A DNA stretch of 64,000 nucleotides from Candidatus Avelusimicrobium pullicaecorum (GCA_944322825.1 CALUQD010000001.1:16015-80014); one strand, 5' to 3'. Numbered from the stretch's first letter, positions 1 to 11,978 are shown. Numbers and translations are program-made. Notes: generated by a model from the letters alone, not told the origin.

Positions 1-1166
1 GAAGCACGCAGCGTAGTGGAACCGGAATCGGTGAACGTAACAATCACGTTAGCCGTATCCAGGTTGGTGGCCACAATGCCGGCCGCGGAAGTGATGGCGC
101 CTTCTTTGGTGGAATCGTTTTTGCGTTCCAGGGTAGAAAGGCCTTTGCGGTAGCGGTGGTCTTTTTCCACGGTTTCGATGATGCGGCGCATCGTGGCGAC
201 GGCTTCGTAGGGGTGGTCGCCCTGGGCGGTTTCGGCCGAGAGCATTACCGCGTCCACACCGTCGTAGACGGCGGTGGCCACGTCGGAGGCTTCGGCGCGG
301 GTGGGCATAATGTTGTGGATCATCGATTCGAGCATCTGCGTGGCTACGATGACCGGTTTGCCCGCTTTGCGGCAACCGGAAACGATTTTCTTCTGCAATA
401 CCGGCACGAGTTCCGGGCTGGTTTCTACGCCCAGGTCGCCGCGGGCAACCATAATGACGTCGGTTAAATCAATGATTTCGCGCAGGTGATCGATGGCGGA
501 AGGTTTTTCAATCTTGGCGATGATGTGCGCTTTGGATTTCATCAAGCTGCGCAGTTCGATGATGTCTTCCGGTTCCTGTACGAAGGACAGGCCGATGAAG
601 TCGGCGCCCAGCATTTCGGCGATTTTCAAATCTTCTTTGTCTTTGGCGGTCAGCGCGGAAAGCGGCAATTTTACGCCGGGCACGTTGACGCCTTTTTTGT
701 TGGACAGTTCGCCGCCGGCGATTACCGTGCAGTCGGCGGTGTCGGCAGTGTGGGCATCTACGCGCAGGCGCACGACGCCGTCGTTAAGCAACAGTTCCAA
801 GCCGGGTTTCATCGCGGCGAAGATTTCTTTGTGCGGCAGGCACACGCGGGTTTGGTCGCCGGGTTCCGGGTTCATATCCAGGCGGAATTTATCGCCTTGT
901 TTCAAGGTAATGCGGTAGTCTTTAAAAGTGCCGATGCGGAGTTTCGGGCCTTGCAAGTCAAATAAAATACCCAGGGTGCAGTTGTATTTCTTTTCCATTT
1001 TGCGGATGTTGGTGACTCTTTCCTGGTATTCAGGCAAAGAACCGTGGCTGCAGTTGCAGCGGAACACGGACACCCCGGCCAAAACTAATTGTTCGATAGC
1101 TTTTTCGTTGCTGGTGTCGGGACCGATGGTCGCGACGATTTTACAAAAGTCAGTATTCTTAGGCAT
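1..1166 (-). CDS. pyk: pyruvate kinase (3' end outside window)
   Basis: Manual translation from ATG at 1166: [16 protein letters not shown]...FRCNCSHG...[10 protein letters not shown]; later IMVARGDLG and ATQMLESMI motifs. Confidence 0.95.
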   Translation of the reverse strand, partial: MPKNTDFCKIVATIGPDTSNEKAIEQLVLAGVSVFRCNCSHGSLPEYQERVTNIRKMEKKYNCTLGILFDLQGPKLRIGTFKDYRITLKQGDKFRLDMNPEPGDQTRVCLPHKEIFAAMKPGLELLLNDGVVRLRVDAHTADTADCTVIAGGELSNKKGVNVPGVKLPLSALTAKDKEDLKIAEMLGADFIGLSFVQEPEDIIELRSLMKSKAHIIAKIEKPSAIDHLREIIDLTDVIMVARGDLGVETSPELVPVLQKKIVSGCRKAGKPVIVATQMLESMIHNIMPTRAEASDVATAVYDGVDAVMLSAETAQGDHPYEAVATMRRIIETVEKDHRYRKGLSTLERKNDSTKEGAITSAAGIVATNLDTANVIVTFTDSGSTTLRA

Positions 1167-1348
1167 AATGTATCTATTCTTCCTCAATCATAACTTCTAA
1201 AGTAAGGGAATCCAAAAACGCTTTTCCCTTCCGTCTTATATTTTATTATTTTTGGAGCGCGTTGTCACCGGGGTGTTGGCGAAAAAAGGGTTTTTCGTCT
1301 GATGTGCAAAATTGAATTAGCGATGGAAATCCGCTACAATATACCCAT

Positions 1349-1828
1349 ATGAATGAAAATCCTTCCTTGGAACCGAAAAAAGATTATTACGCGCCGATGC
1401 ACACGGCCGAACATATTTTGAACCAAACAATGGTACGTTTTTTTGGCTGTGCACGAAGCACGACTAACCATATCGAAAAAAATAAATCCAAATGCGATTA
1501 TTCCCTGCCCGCCGCTCCGACGGAAGAACAATTGCGCGAAGTGGAAGATATGGTCAATGACGTTATTTCCCGCCAGCTGCCCGTTACGGCGGAAGAACTC
1601 CCGCGTGAAATTGCCGAAAAAAGCGTGGATTTGTCTTCCCTCCCCCCCGAAGCCGGGGACAACGTCCGCCTGGTGCGGGTGGGCAGCTACGACGTGTGCC
1701 CGTGTATCGGCAAACACGTGCAAAATACACGGGAAATCGGACGTTTTAAACTCATTAGCTGGGACTATCAAAACGGCCGCTTGCGGGTACGTTTTAAGCT
1801 GGAAGAAACCCCTGGAGGAACATTATGA
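1349..1828 (+). CDS. AlaX-type Ser-tRNA(Ala) editing protein (tRNA_SAD domain)
   Basis: HTAEH (HxxxH) and CPCIGKH (CxGxH) zinc motifs in a 159 aa standalone protein. Confidence 0.8.
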   Translation: MNENPSLEPKKDYYAPMHTAEHILNQTMVRFFGCARSTTNHIEKNKSKCDYSLPAAPTEEQLREVEDMVNDVISRQLPVTAEELPREIAEKSVDLSSLPPEAGDNVRLVRVGSYDVCPCIGKHVQNTREIGRFKLISWDYQNGRLRVRFKLEETPGGTL

Positions 1829-2715
1829 AAAATATCCTAGGGGCATTTTTGTGCACGCTCCTTTTGTGGGGCGGAACCGTACCGCCGGCCGGGGCGGAAG
1901 GAGTGAAGCGCGGGTGGGAGGTGGACCTTTCCAAATTGGCGTTTGATTTTAATTCTACCGAAGTGAAAAATGCCGCGGCGTACCAGGATTTTTCCCAGGC
2001 GCGTTTGACGGCGGATTCCCAAACGGCGGTGCGCGGGCTGCTCAATGCATCGGCCGATTACCACGCCCGGCATTACTTGTGGAGCAACGAACTGCTGCTG
2101 GATTACGGACGCACCAAAATCCGCCCGGTGGATGACGAAACCATCGTCAACGAAAACGCCGACCAAATCCTGTTTACCACCGGCTACACCCAACGCTTGT
2201 GGAACATACCCAACCTGTTGGGCGGTTTTGAAATGGGTCCGTTTGCCAACCTGGGCTACGAAACCGAATTTACCAAACCCGAAGACGCCCCCCGCAAGCG
2301 GGTTTTGCGCGCCACGGCTGGCGTCAAATTGTTTGAAGGCAAATACTTAAAAAGCCTGTTTGCCGCGGTGGTGGGCGAGCGGGATTATACTTATTCCCCC
2401 ACCTCCAACAAATTGGCGTGGGAAGCCGGATTTAAAATCGAACAGCCCTTGCGCGAAGGCGTAAAAGCCCAGTACGAAGTGTTGTTCCGGGATTATTTAA
2501 GCGAATCCGAGCGCGTGCAAACGGATTTGGATTATGAATTTTCCGCCGACGCCCGCCTGGAAGTGCAGCTGTACAAAAACTTGTATTTGGCGCCGTTCGT
2601 CAGCTATTATACGGCGCAGGCCAAGTATTTTGGCAAACGCGGCGAAAATGTATATGTAGGCGTTTCGCTGTCCTTTAGCCACTTATTTAAAGCGGCAGAG
2701 GTGGTGGAGCAATAG
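1825..2715 (+). CDS. putative outer-membrane beta-barrel protein (DUF3078/DUF481-like)
   Basis: Signal peptide; amphipathic beta-strand pattern; C-terminal YVGVSLSF. Confidence 0.6.
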   Translation: MKNILGAFLCTLLLWGGTVPPAGAEGVKRGWEVDLSKLAFDFNSTEVKNAAAYQDFSQARLTADSQTAVRGLLNASADYHARHYLWSNELLLDYGRTKIRPVDDETIVNENADQILFTTGYTQRLWNIPNLLGGFEMGPFANLGYETEFTKPEDAPRKRVLRATAGVKLFEGKYLKSLFAAVVGERDYTYSPTSNKLAWEAGFKIEQPLREGVKAQYEVLFRDYLSESERVQTDLDYEFSADARLEVQLYKNLYLAPFVSYYTAQAKYFGKRGENVYVGVSLSFSHLFKAAEVVEQ

Positions 2716-2732
2716 CCCCGCGTAAAAATGTT

Positions 2733-2760
2733 AAAAAACCGCCTTTTCGGGCGGTTTTTT
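2733..2760. terminator. bidirectional intrinsic terminator
   Basis: AAAAAACCGCC-TTTTCG-GGCGGTTTTTT between convergent genes. Confidence 0.85.
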
Positions 2761-2775
2761 AATAGGTTGCGGGGG

Positions 2776-3120
2776 TTATTTTCGGCGGGTATATTGCCGT
2801 GTATTGCCATCGGAAGAAAGAATTAATTCCCCCTCGTCTAATTTTTCAATTTTCAGTGTTTCGGTAAAGGGAATGGTTTGGCCGTTTCCGATACTTTTGC
2901 CTTCTAAAACCAACTGCCCGTTGGCGGTGTTCCAGCGTTCATATTGCAACGTGGCCATATTAACGGAAGAAGCCACCCCCCCTTGCTGCAAGGAAACCCC
3001 TTGCATTTGCCCCGGTATAGAAGGAATAGGTTCCACCCAGGTACCGATGAGTTGTTTTTCGGTGGACGCACAGCCGCATACGGCCAGCGCCAGCAAAGCG
3101 GAAAATAAAGCGTTTTTCAT
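2776..3120 (-). CDS. lipocalin-like lipoprotein
   Basis: Lipobox-like VCGC; LIGTW motif; SSVNMATLQYERW. Confidence 0.7.
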   Translation of the reverse strand: MKNALFSALLALAVCGCASTEKQLIGTWVEPIPSIPGQMQGVSLQQGGVASSVNMATLQYERWNTANGQLVLEGKSIGNGQTIPFTETLKIEKLDEGELILSSDGNTRQYTRRK

Positions 3121-3128
3121 TTTTTCTC

Positions 3129-3863
3129 CTATTTAATTTTGTAAGTTAACGTGACGGCGGCTTTAACCGAAATCATTCCCGTTGCCGGGCCTGGCATCTG
3201 CCCGTCTGCCGGCAGTTCCTGCGTCATATTTTGGCTGATATTGCTGGCGGTTAGCCGGGCCGAAGGCCATTGGGCGGCGGTGTTTTCGGTAATGTTTACG
3301 ATTTTGCCCAGCCGAATGTCGGCCGCTTCTGCCAAGAGCGCGGCTTTTTCGCGCGCGTATTGCACGGCCAATTGGCGGGCCTCATCGCGGGTTTGGCGCA
3401 GCTGGGTGGAATAGAAGGATACATTTTCTACCCGGTTGATGCCCAGCTCCAGCAGGGCGTAGAGAACATCTTCGTACTGGGCGGGATCTTCCAGCGTAAC
3501 GGTGAAGGTTTGGCCCAGTTCGTATTTTACCGTTTCTTGTTGGGTTTTGGCGCCGTTTTTGGCGTAGACGGTTTGCGTGATATAGATAGGCTGGATGTGC
3601 AGACTGTCGGTTTGGATAAAGCGTTCTTCTATCCCGCGGTTACGCAGGTAGTCGGTCACTTGGCGGGAGAGCGCATTTAATTTTTGGGCGCCTTCCCGCA
3701 GGGTTGCGGTCTTTTCGTACAGGCCAAATGTCAGGGCGGCGCGGTCCGGCTTGACGCGCACTTCCGCTTCCGCACTGACGTTCATCAGCGCTTCTGTGGC
3801 CTCGGCCAAAAACGGCGCCGCCACAAAAAAGAAAACCAATAAAAACAGGTAAAATTTTTTCAT
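3129..3863 (-). CDS. SIMPL domain (DUF541) periplasmic protein
   Basis: Signal peptide; V.AEAEVRVKPDRA; AVQYAREKA.LLA...LGKI..I.E pattern. Confidence 0.85.
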   Translation of the reverse strand: MKKFYLFLLVFFFVAAPFLAEATEALMNVSAEAEVRVKPDRAALTFGLYEKTATLREGAQKLNALSRQVTDYLRNRGIEERFIQTDSLHIQPIYITQTVYAKNGAKTQQETVKYELGQTFTVTLEDPAQYEDVLYALLELGINRVENVSFYSTQLRQTRDEARQLAVQYAREKAALLAEAADIRLGKIVNITENTAAQWPSARLTASNISQNMTQELPADGQMPGPATGMISVKAAVTLTYKIK

Positions 3864-4017
3864 TTTTTCCTCCCAGGATTTCTTTAGCTATCATAACATT
3901 ATTCAACGAAAAGGGAAATAGTTATTTCCGACTTTCTTTTTGGCAGATAAATTTCACCCGTGCAAGAAACATAAAAAAAGCGGGCCCCGAAGGACCCGCT
4001 TTCTAACTGTATTAGCG

Positions 4018-5605
<1,588 letters not shown>

Positions 5606-5627
5606 ACCCTTATTGTATCTTTTTTGG

Positions 5628-6875
5628 TTATTCTTCGCTTATCCGAACAAGTTTGTTTTCTTTTAAATCGTAGAAGTATGTTTTAGACGGAGTTTCGTCT
5701 AACCAGTCCCGGCTGACCAGCAACGTGCGGCCGTCTGGCGTCCATTGGATGGATTTTGTAGTCAACTTTAAATACTCGCTCTGCGGATACTGCCGGAGCA
5801 TTGTGCTTACTTTGGAGTGCGAAAAACGGAACGAAACGTATTCTTCCGCCAGGGGGCGCTCGGATTCGTCCAACAGCATAATCGAGGTGACGTATTCGTC
5901 GGAATTAAGGCGGATGGAAATGTTTTCATCCACATAAAAGGCAATTTTGGAAATTCCTTTGTTGTGGTAGGCCGCCACCAGGTCGTGCAGGTAATTGGCG
6001 GGCGTGGCGAAAGAAAAGTCTTCGCTGGGGTTAAACGTGCTTCCCGTGTGGATGCCGACGAGTTCGTTTTTTTCGTTTAGCAGCGCGCTACCGCACAGGC
6101 CGGATCGCCTGTTGCGCGCCAGCGGCATCGTGGTGCGGATGGAAAAATGGCTGTTATGAATCACTTTGCGGTTGGGCACATAGGCAAAACGGCCTTGGGC
6201 AAACCCGAGGGAGCGCAGGGTTTCGCCGTCTTGGGCTTGGCCGAGGGTGAATGGTTTTAACAGGGCTTCTTTATCTGCCGGAAATTTGACCAGCGAAATA
6301 TCCAGCATACTTACCGGTGAAGAAGCCACTATCTGAGCTGGAATTTGAACGGGTTTCCCTTTATGGTATACAACCGCAGTAAATTGGCGGCCGACGCCTA
6401 TTAAATCCATGTCGTCACTGGGAACGATGTGGGTGGCAACAACGCCGTAAATTTCACGTTTTCCATTGTAATCAAGGGCGAATACCGTACCCGAGTAGCG
6501 GATGGAAGGATCTAAGTCGGATGTGGCAAGAAAAATATGTTCATCCGGCGCGATGAAAGACGGCGCTTGCTGCTGGGCGCGTATTTTGCTGGCAAGGAGT
6601 TTTTCACTAACAAGCGGTTTGGCGGTATGTTTTTGGCGGAATACTTTGGCCGTTGCGGCCGTATGGCCCGCCGCCGGGGTTTTGGGCAAGCGCAAGGTCT
6701 GGGTTATTTTGCGAAGGGCGTTGTTTAAATTGGTTTTGACGTTCGGCGCTTTCGGGGCGGATTTGGATAAGCCGGCTTCGGCCGCGGCACTGCCGGCTTT
6801 TAAATAGTTCTGCGCCGACAAAGGCAAAGCCAAAAACAGGCTGAAGGAAAAAAAGATAAAAAATAGTTTCTTCAT
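5628..6875 (-). CDS. secreted chymotrypsin-fold protein with Cys at the nucleophile position (paralog 1)
   Basis: Signal peptide MKKLFF...SAQ; VVATH, LDISLVKF, GLCGSALLN...LVGIHTG. Confidence 0.7.
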   Translation of the reverse strand: MKKLFFIFFSFSLFLALPLSAQNYLKAGSAAAEAGLSKSAPKAPNVKTNLNNALRKITQTLRLPKTPAAGHTAATAKVFRQKHTAKPLVSEKLLASKIRAQQQAPSFIAPDEHIFLATSDLDPSIRYSGTVFALDYNGKREIYGVVATHIVPSDDMDLIGVGRQFTAVVYHKGKPVQIPAQIVASSPVSMLDISLVKFPADKEALLKPFTLGQAQDGETLRSLGFAQGRFAYVPNRKVIHNSHFSIRTTMPLARNRRSGLCGSALLNEKNELVGIHTGSTFNPSEDFSFATPANYLHDLVAAYHNKGISKIAFYVDENISIRLNSDEYVTSIMLLDESERPLAEEYVSFRFSHSKVSTMLRQYPQSEYLKLTTKSIQWTPDGRTLLVSRDWLDETPSKTYFYDLKENKLVRISEE

Positions 6876-6913
6876 ATATCTATATTTTACCCCCCCGACG
6901 CCGGCGCAAACAA

Positions 6914-6951
6914 GGGTCAAAAGACCTAGCGGACCGTGGGCCTTTGGGCCG
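6914..6951 (-). promoter_or_regulatory. tandem RGGYC-N4-GRCCY palindromic sites upstream of the -35 element
   Basis: GGGTCAAAAGACCT (6914-6927) and GGGCCTTTGGGCCG (6938-6951); abuts minus-strand TTGTTT-18-TAAAAT. Confidence 0.7.
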
Positions 6952-7016
6952 GTATCAGCCCTTGACTGGGCGCCGCGCGGAAGAGGTTTTTGGGGTATTC
7001 GGTTGCAATAAACGAG

Positions 7017-8303
7017 CTAAAAGGGTAGAACCGTTTTTACCTCGCGCGTGGAGATGATTTGATTGCTTTGCAAATCATAGGTATACGCAACGGGCGGAAA
7101 ATTGCGGTCCTTCTTTTTAAGCAGCGTGCTGCCGTCCTCTGACCAGCTGATTGTTTGGGTGACGACTTCCAGGTAACGGGTTTGCGGAAAGGATTTCAGC
7201 GCTTCGTTCATTTCCGTCCGGGAAAAACGCTCTTTTACGTTGTAGCGGTAGAGCGGCTGGCGCGCGTTGTCGAGCAGTACCACCCGGGTGACGTATTCAT
7301 TCACGTTTAAGCGGATGGAATGCGTCCCTTGCAGCAGAAAAGAAACAGAAGATTGCCCGTTGTTGTGGTAGGCCTCCACCAACTGGTTCAGAAAAGCGGC
7401 CGGCGCCACAAAGGTGCGGTCCTGCTCAGCCCAAGGGGCCAAGGTGCTGCCTACGATAATACCGACTAATTCTTGTTCTGCGTTTAACACGGCGCTTCCG
7501 CATAAACCGGGGCGTTCTTCGCGGGGGAGCGGAATGTTGATATGAATGGAATACGGGCGGTTGTTTTGAATGGCGCACGAGGTCATATGCACGGCGCCGC
7601 CGTGGTTAAAGCCGCAGGTTTGAACCGATTTTTCCGATTCTATTTTTCCAATTGAATAGGGGTTTAACACTTTTTCATATTCGGCAGGAAATTTAACCAG
7701 TGATAAATCCAAATGGGAAGGTGCGGACACGGTGATTATTTCGGCCGGAATAGAAAGGGGTTCCCCCTTGTTATCAAAAACGGCGGAGAAGGTTTTTTTA
7801 ACATTATAGCCGGTGCCGTCATTGGCGGCTAAAATGTGGCTGGCCACGACGCCGTAAATTTCTTTTTCCCCGTTGTATTCCACCGAGAACACCGTCCCGG
7901 AAAAACGCGTGCCGGGATTATCGGGCATCATCGCTTGGAAATTGCGCATTGGGGAAAGCGGCCGTGAAAGGGACAGCCTTTTGGGGTTTTTTGCCGCACG
8001 TTCCAGTGCGGCGATATGGAGATCCGGCTTGGGCTGTTTGGCGGATTGGCGAAACCCTTTTGCGGTGCCCGCCGCTTGGGAGTTCGCGGGCAGCTTGGCC
8101 TTCGGTTTAACGGAGTGGAACACTTGGGCGGCTTTGCTGCGGATATTGCCCATAAATTTTGTGAATGAACCGCCGCTTTTGGCGGCCGGCGCGGACACGC
8201 CGGCTTTCACGGCCGAGCGGCCGGCTTTTAGATAATTTTGGGCCGACAAAGGCAACGCTAAAAACAGGCTGAAAGAAAAAAAGATAAAAAATAGTTTCTT
8301 CAT
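7017..8303 (-). CDS. secreted chymotrypsin-fold protein with Cys at the nucleophile position (paralog 2)
   Basis: Same signal peptide as paralog 1; VVASH, LDLSLVKF, GLCGSAVLN...LVGIIVG. Confidence 0.7.
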   Translation of the reverse strand: MKKLFFIFFSFSLFLALPLSAQNYLKAGRSAVKAGVSAPAAKSGGSFTKFMGNIRSKAAQVFHSVKPKAKLPANSQAAGTAKGFRQSAKQPKPDLHIAALERAAKNPKRLSLSRPLSPMRNFQAMMPDNPGTRFSGTVFSVEYNGEKEIYGVVASHILAANDGTGYNVKKTFSAVFDNKGEPLSIPAEIITVSAPSHLDLSLVKFPAEYEKVLNPYSIGKIESEKSVQTCGFNHGGAVHMTSCAIQNNRPYSIHINIPLPREERPGLCGSAVLNAEQELVGIIVGSTLAPWAEQDRTFVAPAAFLNQLVEAYHNNGQSSVSFLLQGTHSIRLNVNEYVTRVVLLDNARQPLYRYNVKERFSRTEMNEALKSFPQTRYLEVVTQTISWSEDGSTLLKKKDRNFPPVAYTYDLQSNQIISTREVKTVLPF

Positions 8304-8340
8304 ATATCTATATTTTATCCCCCGAAGCCGGCGCAAACAA

Positions 8341-8378
8341 GGGTCAAAAGACCCACATCCAGCTAGGTCCTCGGGCTT
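8341..8378 (-). promoter_or_regulatory. tandem RGGYC-N4-GRCCY palindromic sites
   Basis: GGGTCAAAAGACCC (8341-8354) and AGGTCCTCGGGCTT (8365-8378); abuts TTGTTT-17-TAAAAT. Confidence 0.7.
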
Positions 8379-8390
8379 ATTAAGCGTAAG

Positions 8391-9680
8391 CTAACGGGAC
8401 CCCGGCCGAAAGTAACGCACGATGCCTTGTTTCAAATTATGCCAGGTAAAATCGTTCATCAGCATAGCCAGCAGCCCTATGATGAGGAGCGGACGTACCA
8501 GGGAGCCGGCGTTTATCACCAGCGAGTAGAAGGAGCGGTAGTAGGCATAGCACCAGAAATTCATCGGAATACACAACAGCGCCAGCAGGACACACAGCGT
8601 TGTTTGCCGCGGCGCGCGGCCCGGCGCAGCAAACAGCAGCAGCACCGGCAGCACCAAGTGAAGCAGGGTATAATCGTAGGAAACGAACGGGAACCCCACT
8701 TCGGCCAGGGTTAAGAGCAAAACGGCTTTCCAGCGGGACTGGTTGATAAACACCACGTACAGGCAGATTACGGCAAACAAGGCAAATACAAACAGCATAT
8801 ACGGAAGGGATATTTTGCTGGAGAATTGAATAAACACATCCCAGCGTTCTTGGTTTTGGTACAGCCGGATAAATACCGGCATACGGATTAAATTTAGCAG
8901 CGAATGGGAAAATTGCAGCCCAAAAGGCTGGTAATGGTTAAAAACGGCAAAAGATTCTAAATTGCGGAACAAATACTGGTGTGCATCCGTTATAAAATAG
9001 CTCAGCACAAAAAAGGCCGTCGTCCACAGCAGGGTCCAAAAGAGTTCGCGGTATTTTTTATCGGCGGCAAACAAAACAAGGAAAACCGCGGGATAGAGCT
9101 TCATATTAATGGCCGCGGCCAGCAAGAAACCGGCGGTTTTCAGATATCCTTTTTGGTAGCAGTAAATGAATAACCCGCAAACCATAAATAACAGCATTTC
9201 CACATTTCCCCGGTTTAATGCAAAAAGCAGCGGAAACGAACACGCGGTAAATACCGTCACCCACGCCAATTTATGCGGCATAGCGGGCATCAGTTTGTTT
9301 GCCAGCCAGGCATAAAACCCCACAAACAGCAGGCTTATCCCCCACAGCCCCGCCTGGATGGGGATGTATTTAAGCGGCATCAGCAACAGCATAAAAAACG
9401 GAAAATAGTTAGGACCGCCGTTGGCGTACACGTTTAGGCCGCGCTTGGCAAACTCGGCGACGTCGTAAAAATCGCTAAAGCGGAAAATAGGGTCAAACAG
9501 AAATGTTACATCCGGGTAATACGCCCGTTTGAGCAGTAAATTGACGACCATCAGCGCCAAGGAGGCCACCATCGCTGCCAACAGCACGCCGCAAAAAACC
9601 GCCGTGCGCTGCTGGGCGGGTGTAAAAGATTGGTATCGTTTGATGAGGGAATGAAACATAAAGATACTATATTCTGCCAT
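8391..9680 (-). CDS. glycosyltransferase family 87-like polytopic membrane protein
   Basis: FSDFY, NYFPF, LNRGN, AAINMKLYP motifs; many TM helices; start may instead be 9659. Confidence 0.75.
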   Translation of the reverse strand: MAEYSIFMFHSLIKRYQSFTPAQQRTAVFCGVLLAAMVASLALMVVNLLLKRAYYPDVTFLFDPIFRFSDFYDVAEFAKRGLNVYANGGPNYFPFFMLLLMPLKYIPIQAGLWGISLLFVGFYAWLANKLMPAMPHKLAWVTVFTACSFPLLFALNRGNVEMLLFMVCGLFIYCYQKGYLKTAGFLLAAAINMKLYPAVFLVLFAADKKYRELFWTLLWTTAFFVLSYFITDAHQYLFRNLESFAVFNHYQPFGLQFSHSLLNLIRMPVFIRLYQNQERWDVFIQFSSKISLPYMLFVFALFAVICLYVVFINQSRWKAVLLLTLAEVGFPFVSYDYTLLHLVLPVLLLFAAPGRAPRQTTLCVLLALLCIPMNFWCYAYYRSFYSLVINAGSLVRPLLIIGLLAMLMNDFTWHNLKQGIVRYFRPGSR

Positions 9681-9815
9681 TTTACAATGGGAAGTGCAAT
9701 TGCCTTTGAGGGTTGGGCCTTCGAAGAAAGGCCGATATCCGAAAAAATAACATTGCCATCGTACGGGTGTTTTTTTTACAATAGATTTTTATTGTTACGA
9801 AGGGAGGAATGAAAG

Positions 9816-10793
9816 ATGATTAGAATAGCAATTGCGGGGTATGGCAATTTAGGCCGCGGCGTGTTGGCCGCGCTGCGCCAAAACCCGGATATGCAGGCGG
9901 CAGCGGTGTTCACGCGGCGCAATCCGGCGTCTTTGGTGTTGGAAGACAAAAATATCCCGGTCGTTTCGCTCAGCGAAGCGCCGGCCTGGAAAGACAAAAT
10001 TGATGTAATGATTCTTTGCGGCGGCAGCGCCACGGATTTGCCCGAACAGACGCCCGCTATGGCACAGTATTTTAATGTAGTAGACAGTTTTGATACGCAC
10101 GCCCGTATTCCGGCCCATTTTAAAGCGGTGGACGACGCCTGTAAGCAGGCCGGCACCGTGGGGCTGATTTCCGTGGGGTGGGATCCCGGGCTCTTTTCGC
10201 TCAACCGCCTCTATGCCGGGGCCGTACTGCCGCAGGGCAAAGATTATACTTTTTGGGGCAAGGGCGTCAGCCAGGGCCATTCGGACGCGCTTCGCCGCGT
10301 AAAAGGCGTCAAAGACGCCCGCCAGTACACCATTCCCGTAGCGGCCGCGTTGGAACGCGTGCGCGCCGGCGAAAACCCGGAACTTTCCACCCGCCAAAAA
10401 CATACGCGCGAATGTTTTGTGGTATTGGAGCCCGGCGCCGACCCGGCCCGCGTGGAGCAGGAAATTAAAACCATGCCCAACTATTTTGCCGATTACGACA
10501 CCACCGTGCATTTTATTTCCGAAGAAGAACTCCGCACCGAACATGCGGGCATTCCGCACGGCGGTTTTGTGCTTAGAAGCGGCGTAACGGGCAAAGGAAG
10601 CAAACACTTGATTGAATACAGCTTGAAACTGGATTCCAACCCGGAATTTACTTCCAGCGTGCTCGTGGCTTATGCCCGCGCGGCGCACCGCTTGGCGCAG
10701 GAAGGCGCTTGCGGCTGCAAAACCGTGTTTGACGTTCCCCCCGCCTATTTAAGCCCCAAATCAGGCGAAGAACTGCGTGCGGCATTGTTATAA
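9816..10793 (+). CDS. ddh: meso-diaminopimelate dehydrogenase
   Basis: GYGNLG, VDSFDTH, GWDPGLFS, TFWGKGVSQGHSDA, SNPEFT. Confidence 0.96.
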   Translation: MIRIAIAGYGNLGRGVLAALRQNPDMQAAAVFTRRNPASLVLEDKNIPVVSLSEAPAWKDKIDVMILCGGSATDLPEQTPAMAQYFNVVDSFDTHARIPAHFKAVDDACKQAGTVGLISVGWDPGLFSLNRLYAGAVLPQGKDYTFWGKGVSQGHSDALRRVKGVKDARQYTIPVAAALERVRAGENPELSTRQKHTRECFVVLEPGADPARVEQEIKTMPNYFADYDTTVHFISEEELRTEHAGIPHGGFVLRSGVTGKGSKHLIEYSLKLDSNPEFTSSVLVAYARAAHRLAQEGACGCKTVFDVPPAYLSPKSGEELRAALL

Positions 10794-10873
10794 CACACGC
10801 TAAACAACGAAACAAGATGGAACCGCCCCGAAATAAATTTTCGGGGCGGTTTTGCAAAGAATGGAAGAATGCA

Positions 10874-11830
10874 TTAGATTTTGTTTTCTTCCAAGATTTT
10901 CTTTAAGGTGTCGGCTGATTTTTTCAGCGCGGCCACTTCTTGTTCGTTTAATTGCAACGGAACGTGGGTTTCCACCCCGTCGCGCGTGACGATGGCCGGC
11001 AAACTAAGCGCCACGCCGCTGATGCCGTATTCCCCATTCATCAGCGCCGAAATAGGCAAAATGGATTTTTCATCCCGCACAATCGCTTCGCAAATGCGTT
11101 TGACGGACATCGCAATCCCATAGTAGGTGGCTTTTTTGCGGGCGATGATTTCATACGCGCTGTTTTTTACTTCTTCGGCGATGCGCTGGGTGGCTTCCTG
11201 GTGGTTGAAATGGCCGCGCATTTCGCAGAATTTATCCAGCTTGATGCCCGACACGTTGGCGCAGCTCCAGGCGGCGATTTCGCTGTCGCCGTGTTCGCCG
11301 ATGATAAACGCGTGCACGCTGCGGCTGTCCACATTCAAGTGCTGGCCCAGGTTGTATTTTAAGCGGGCGGTGTCCAGCACGGTGCCGGAGCCGAACACGC
11401 GGTTGGGCGCGTAGCCGCTTAATTTGAGGGCTACCGACGTTAAAATGTCCACTGGGTTGGCCACGATGAGCAAAATGCCTTTAAAATCGCGTTTGACGAT
11501 TTCCGGGATGATGGATTTAAAAATAGCGATGTTCTTTTTGACCAAATCCAGCCGCGTTTCGCCGGGTTTTTGGTTGGCGCCGGCGGTGATGATGATAAGC
11601 CCGGCGTCTTTTAAATCGTCGTAATTTCCGGCATAAATTTCCATCGGTTTGGCAAACGGAATGCCGTGGCTGATGTCGAGCGCTTCGCCTTCGGCGCGGG
11701 CTTGGTCGCTGTCGATAAGCACCATTTCCCTAAATAGCCCGCTTTGCATCAAGCTAAAGGCCGAGGCGGCCCCCACAAAACCGCAGCCGATAATGCCTAC
11801 TTTATTAAAGTTAACAAAATTTTTTTCCAT
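10874..11830 (-). CDS. ldh: L-lactate dehydrogenase
   Basis: GCGFVG, AGANQKPGETRLDL, VANPVD, GEHGDS, ATYYGI. Confidence 0.96.
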   Translation of the reverse strand: MEKNFVNFNKVGIIGCGFVGAASAFSLMQSGLFREMVLIDSDQARAEGEALDISHGIPFAKPMEIYAGNYDDLKDAGLIIITAGANQKPGETRLDLVKKNIAIFKSIIPEIVKRDFKGILLIVANPVDILTSVALKLSGYAPNRVFGSGTVLDTARLKYNLGQHLNVDSRSVHAFIIGEHGDSEIAAWSCANVSGIKLDKFCEMRGHFNHQEATQRIAEEVKNSAYEIIARKKATYYGIAMSVKRICEAIVRDEKSILPISALMNGEYGISGVALSLPAIVTRDGVETHVPLQLNEQEVAALKKSADTLKKILEENKI

Positions 11831-11978
11831 AAACGCTCCTTTTCCATTTAGTTGATATCATTCTAGCAAAATAGAAACGCGTTGGGCTGGCGGGATTTGG
11901 GTTAGAAAAAATCCGCAACGGAAGGGTGGGCGGGATAATTGGTATAATATAAATAACTTACTAACTAAAGAGGAACAA

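Noticed and set aside
9701-9735. Possible sixth RGGYC-N4-GRCCY site upstream of the GT87 gene
   Set aside because: Only a half-site (GGGCC), and the promoter geometry does not match the other five
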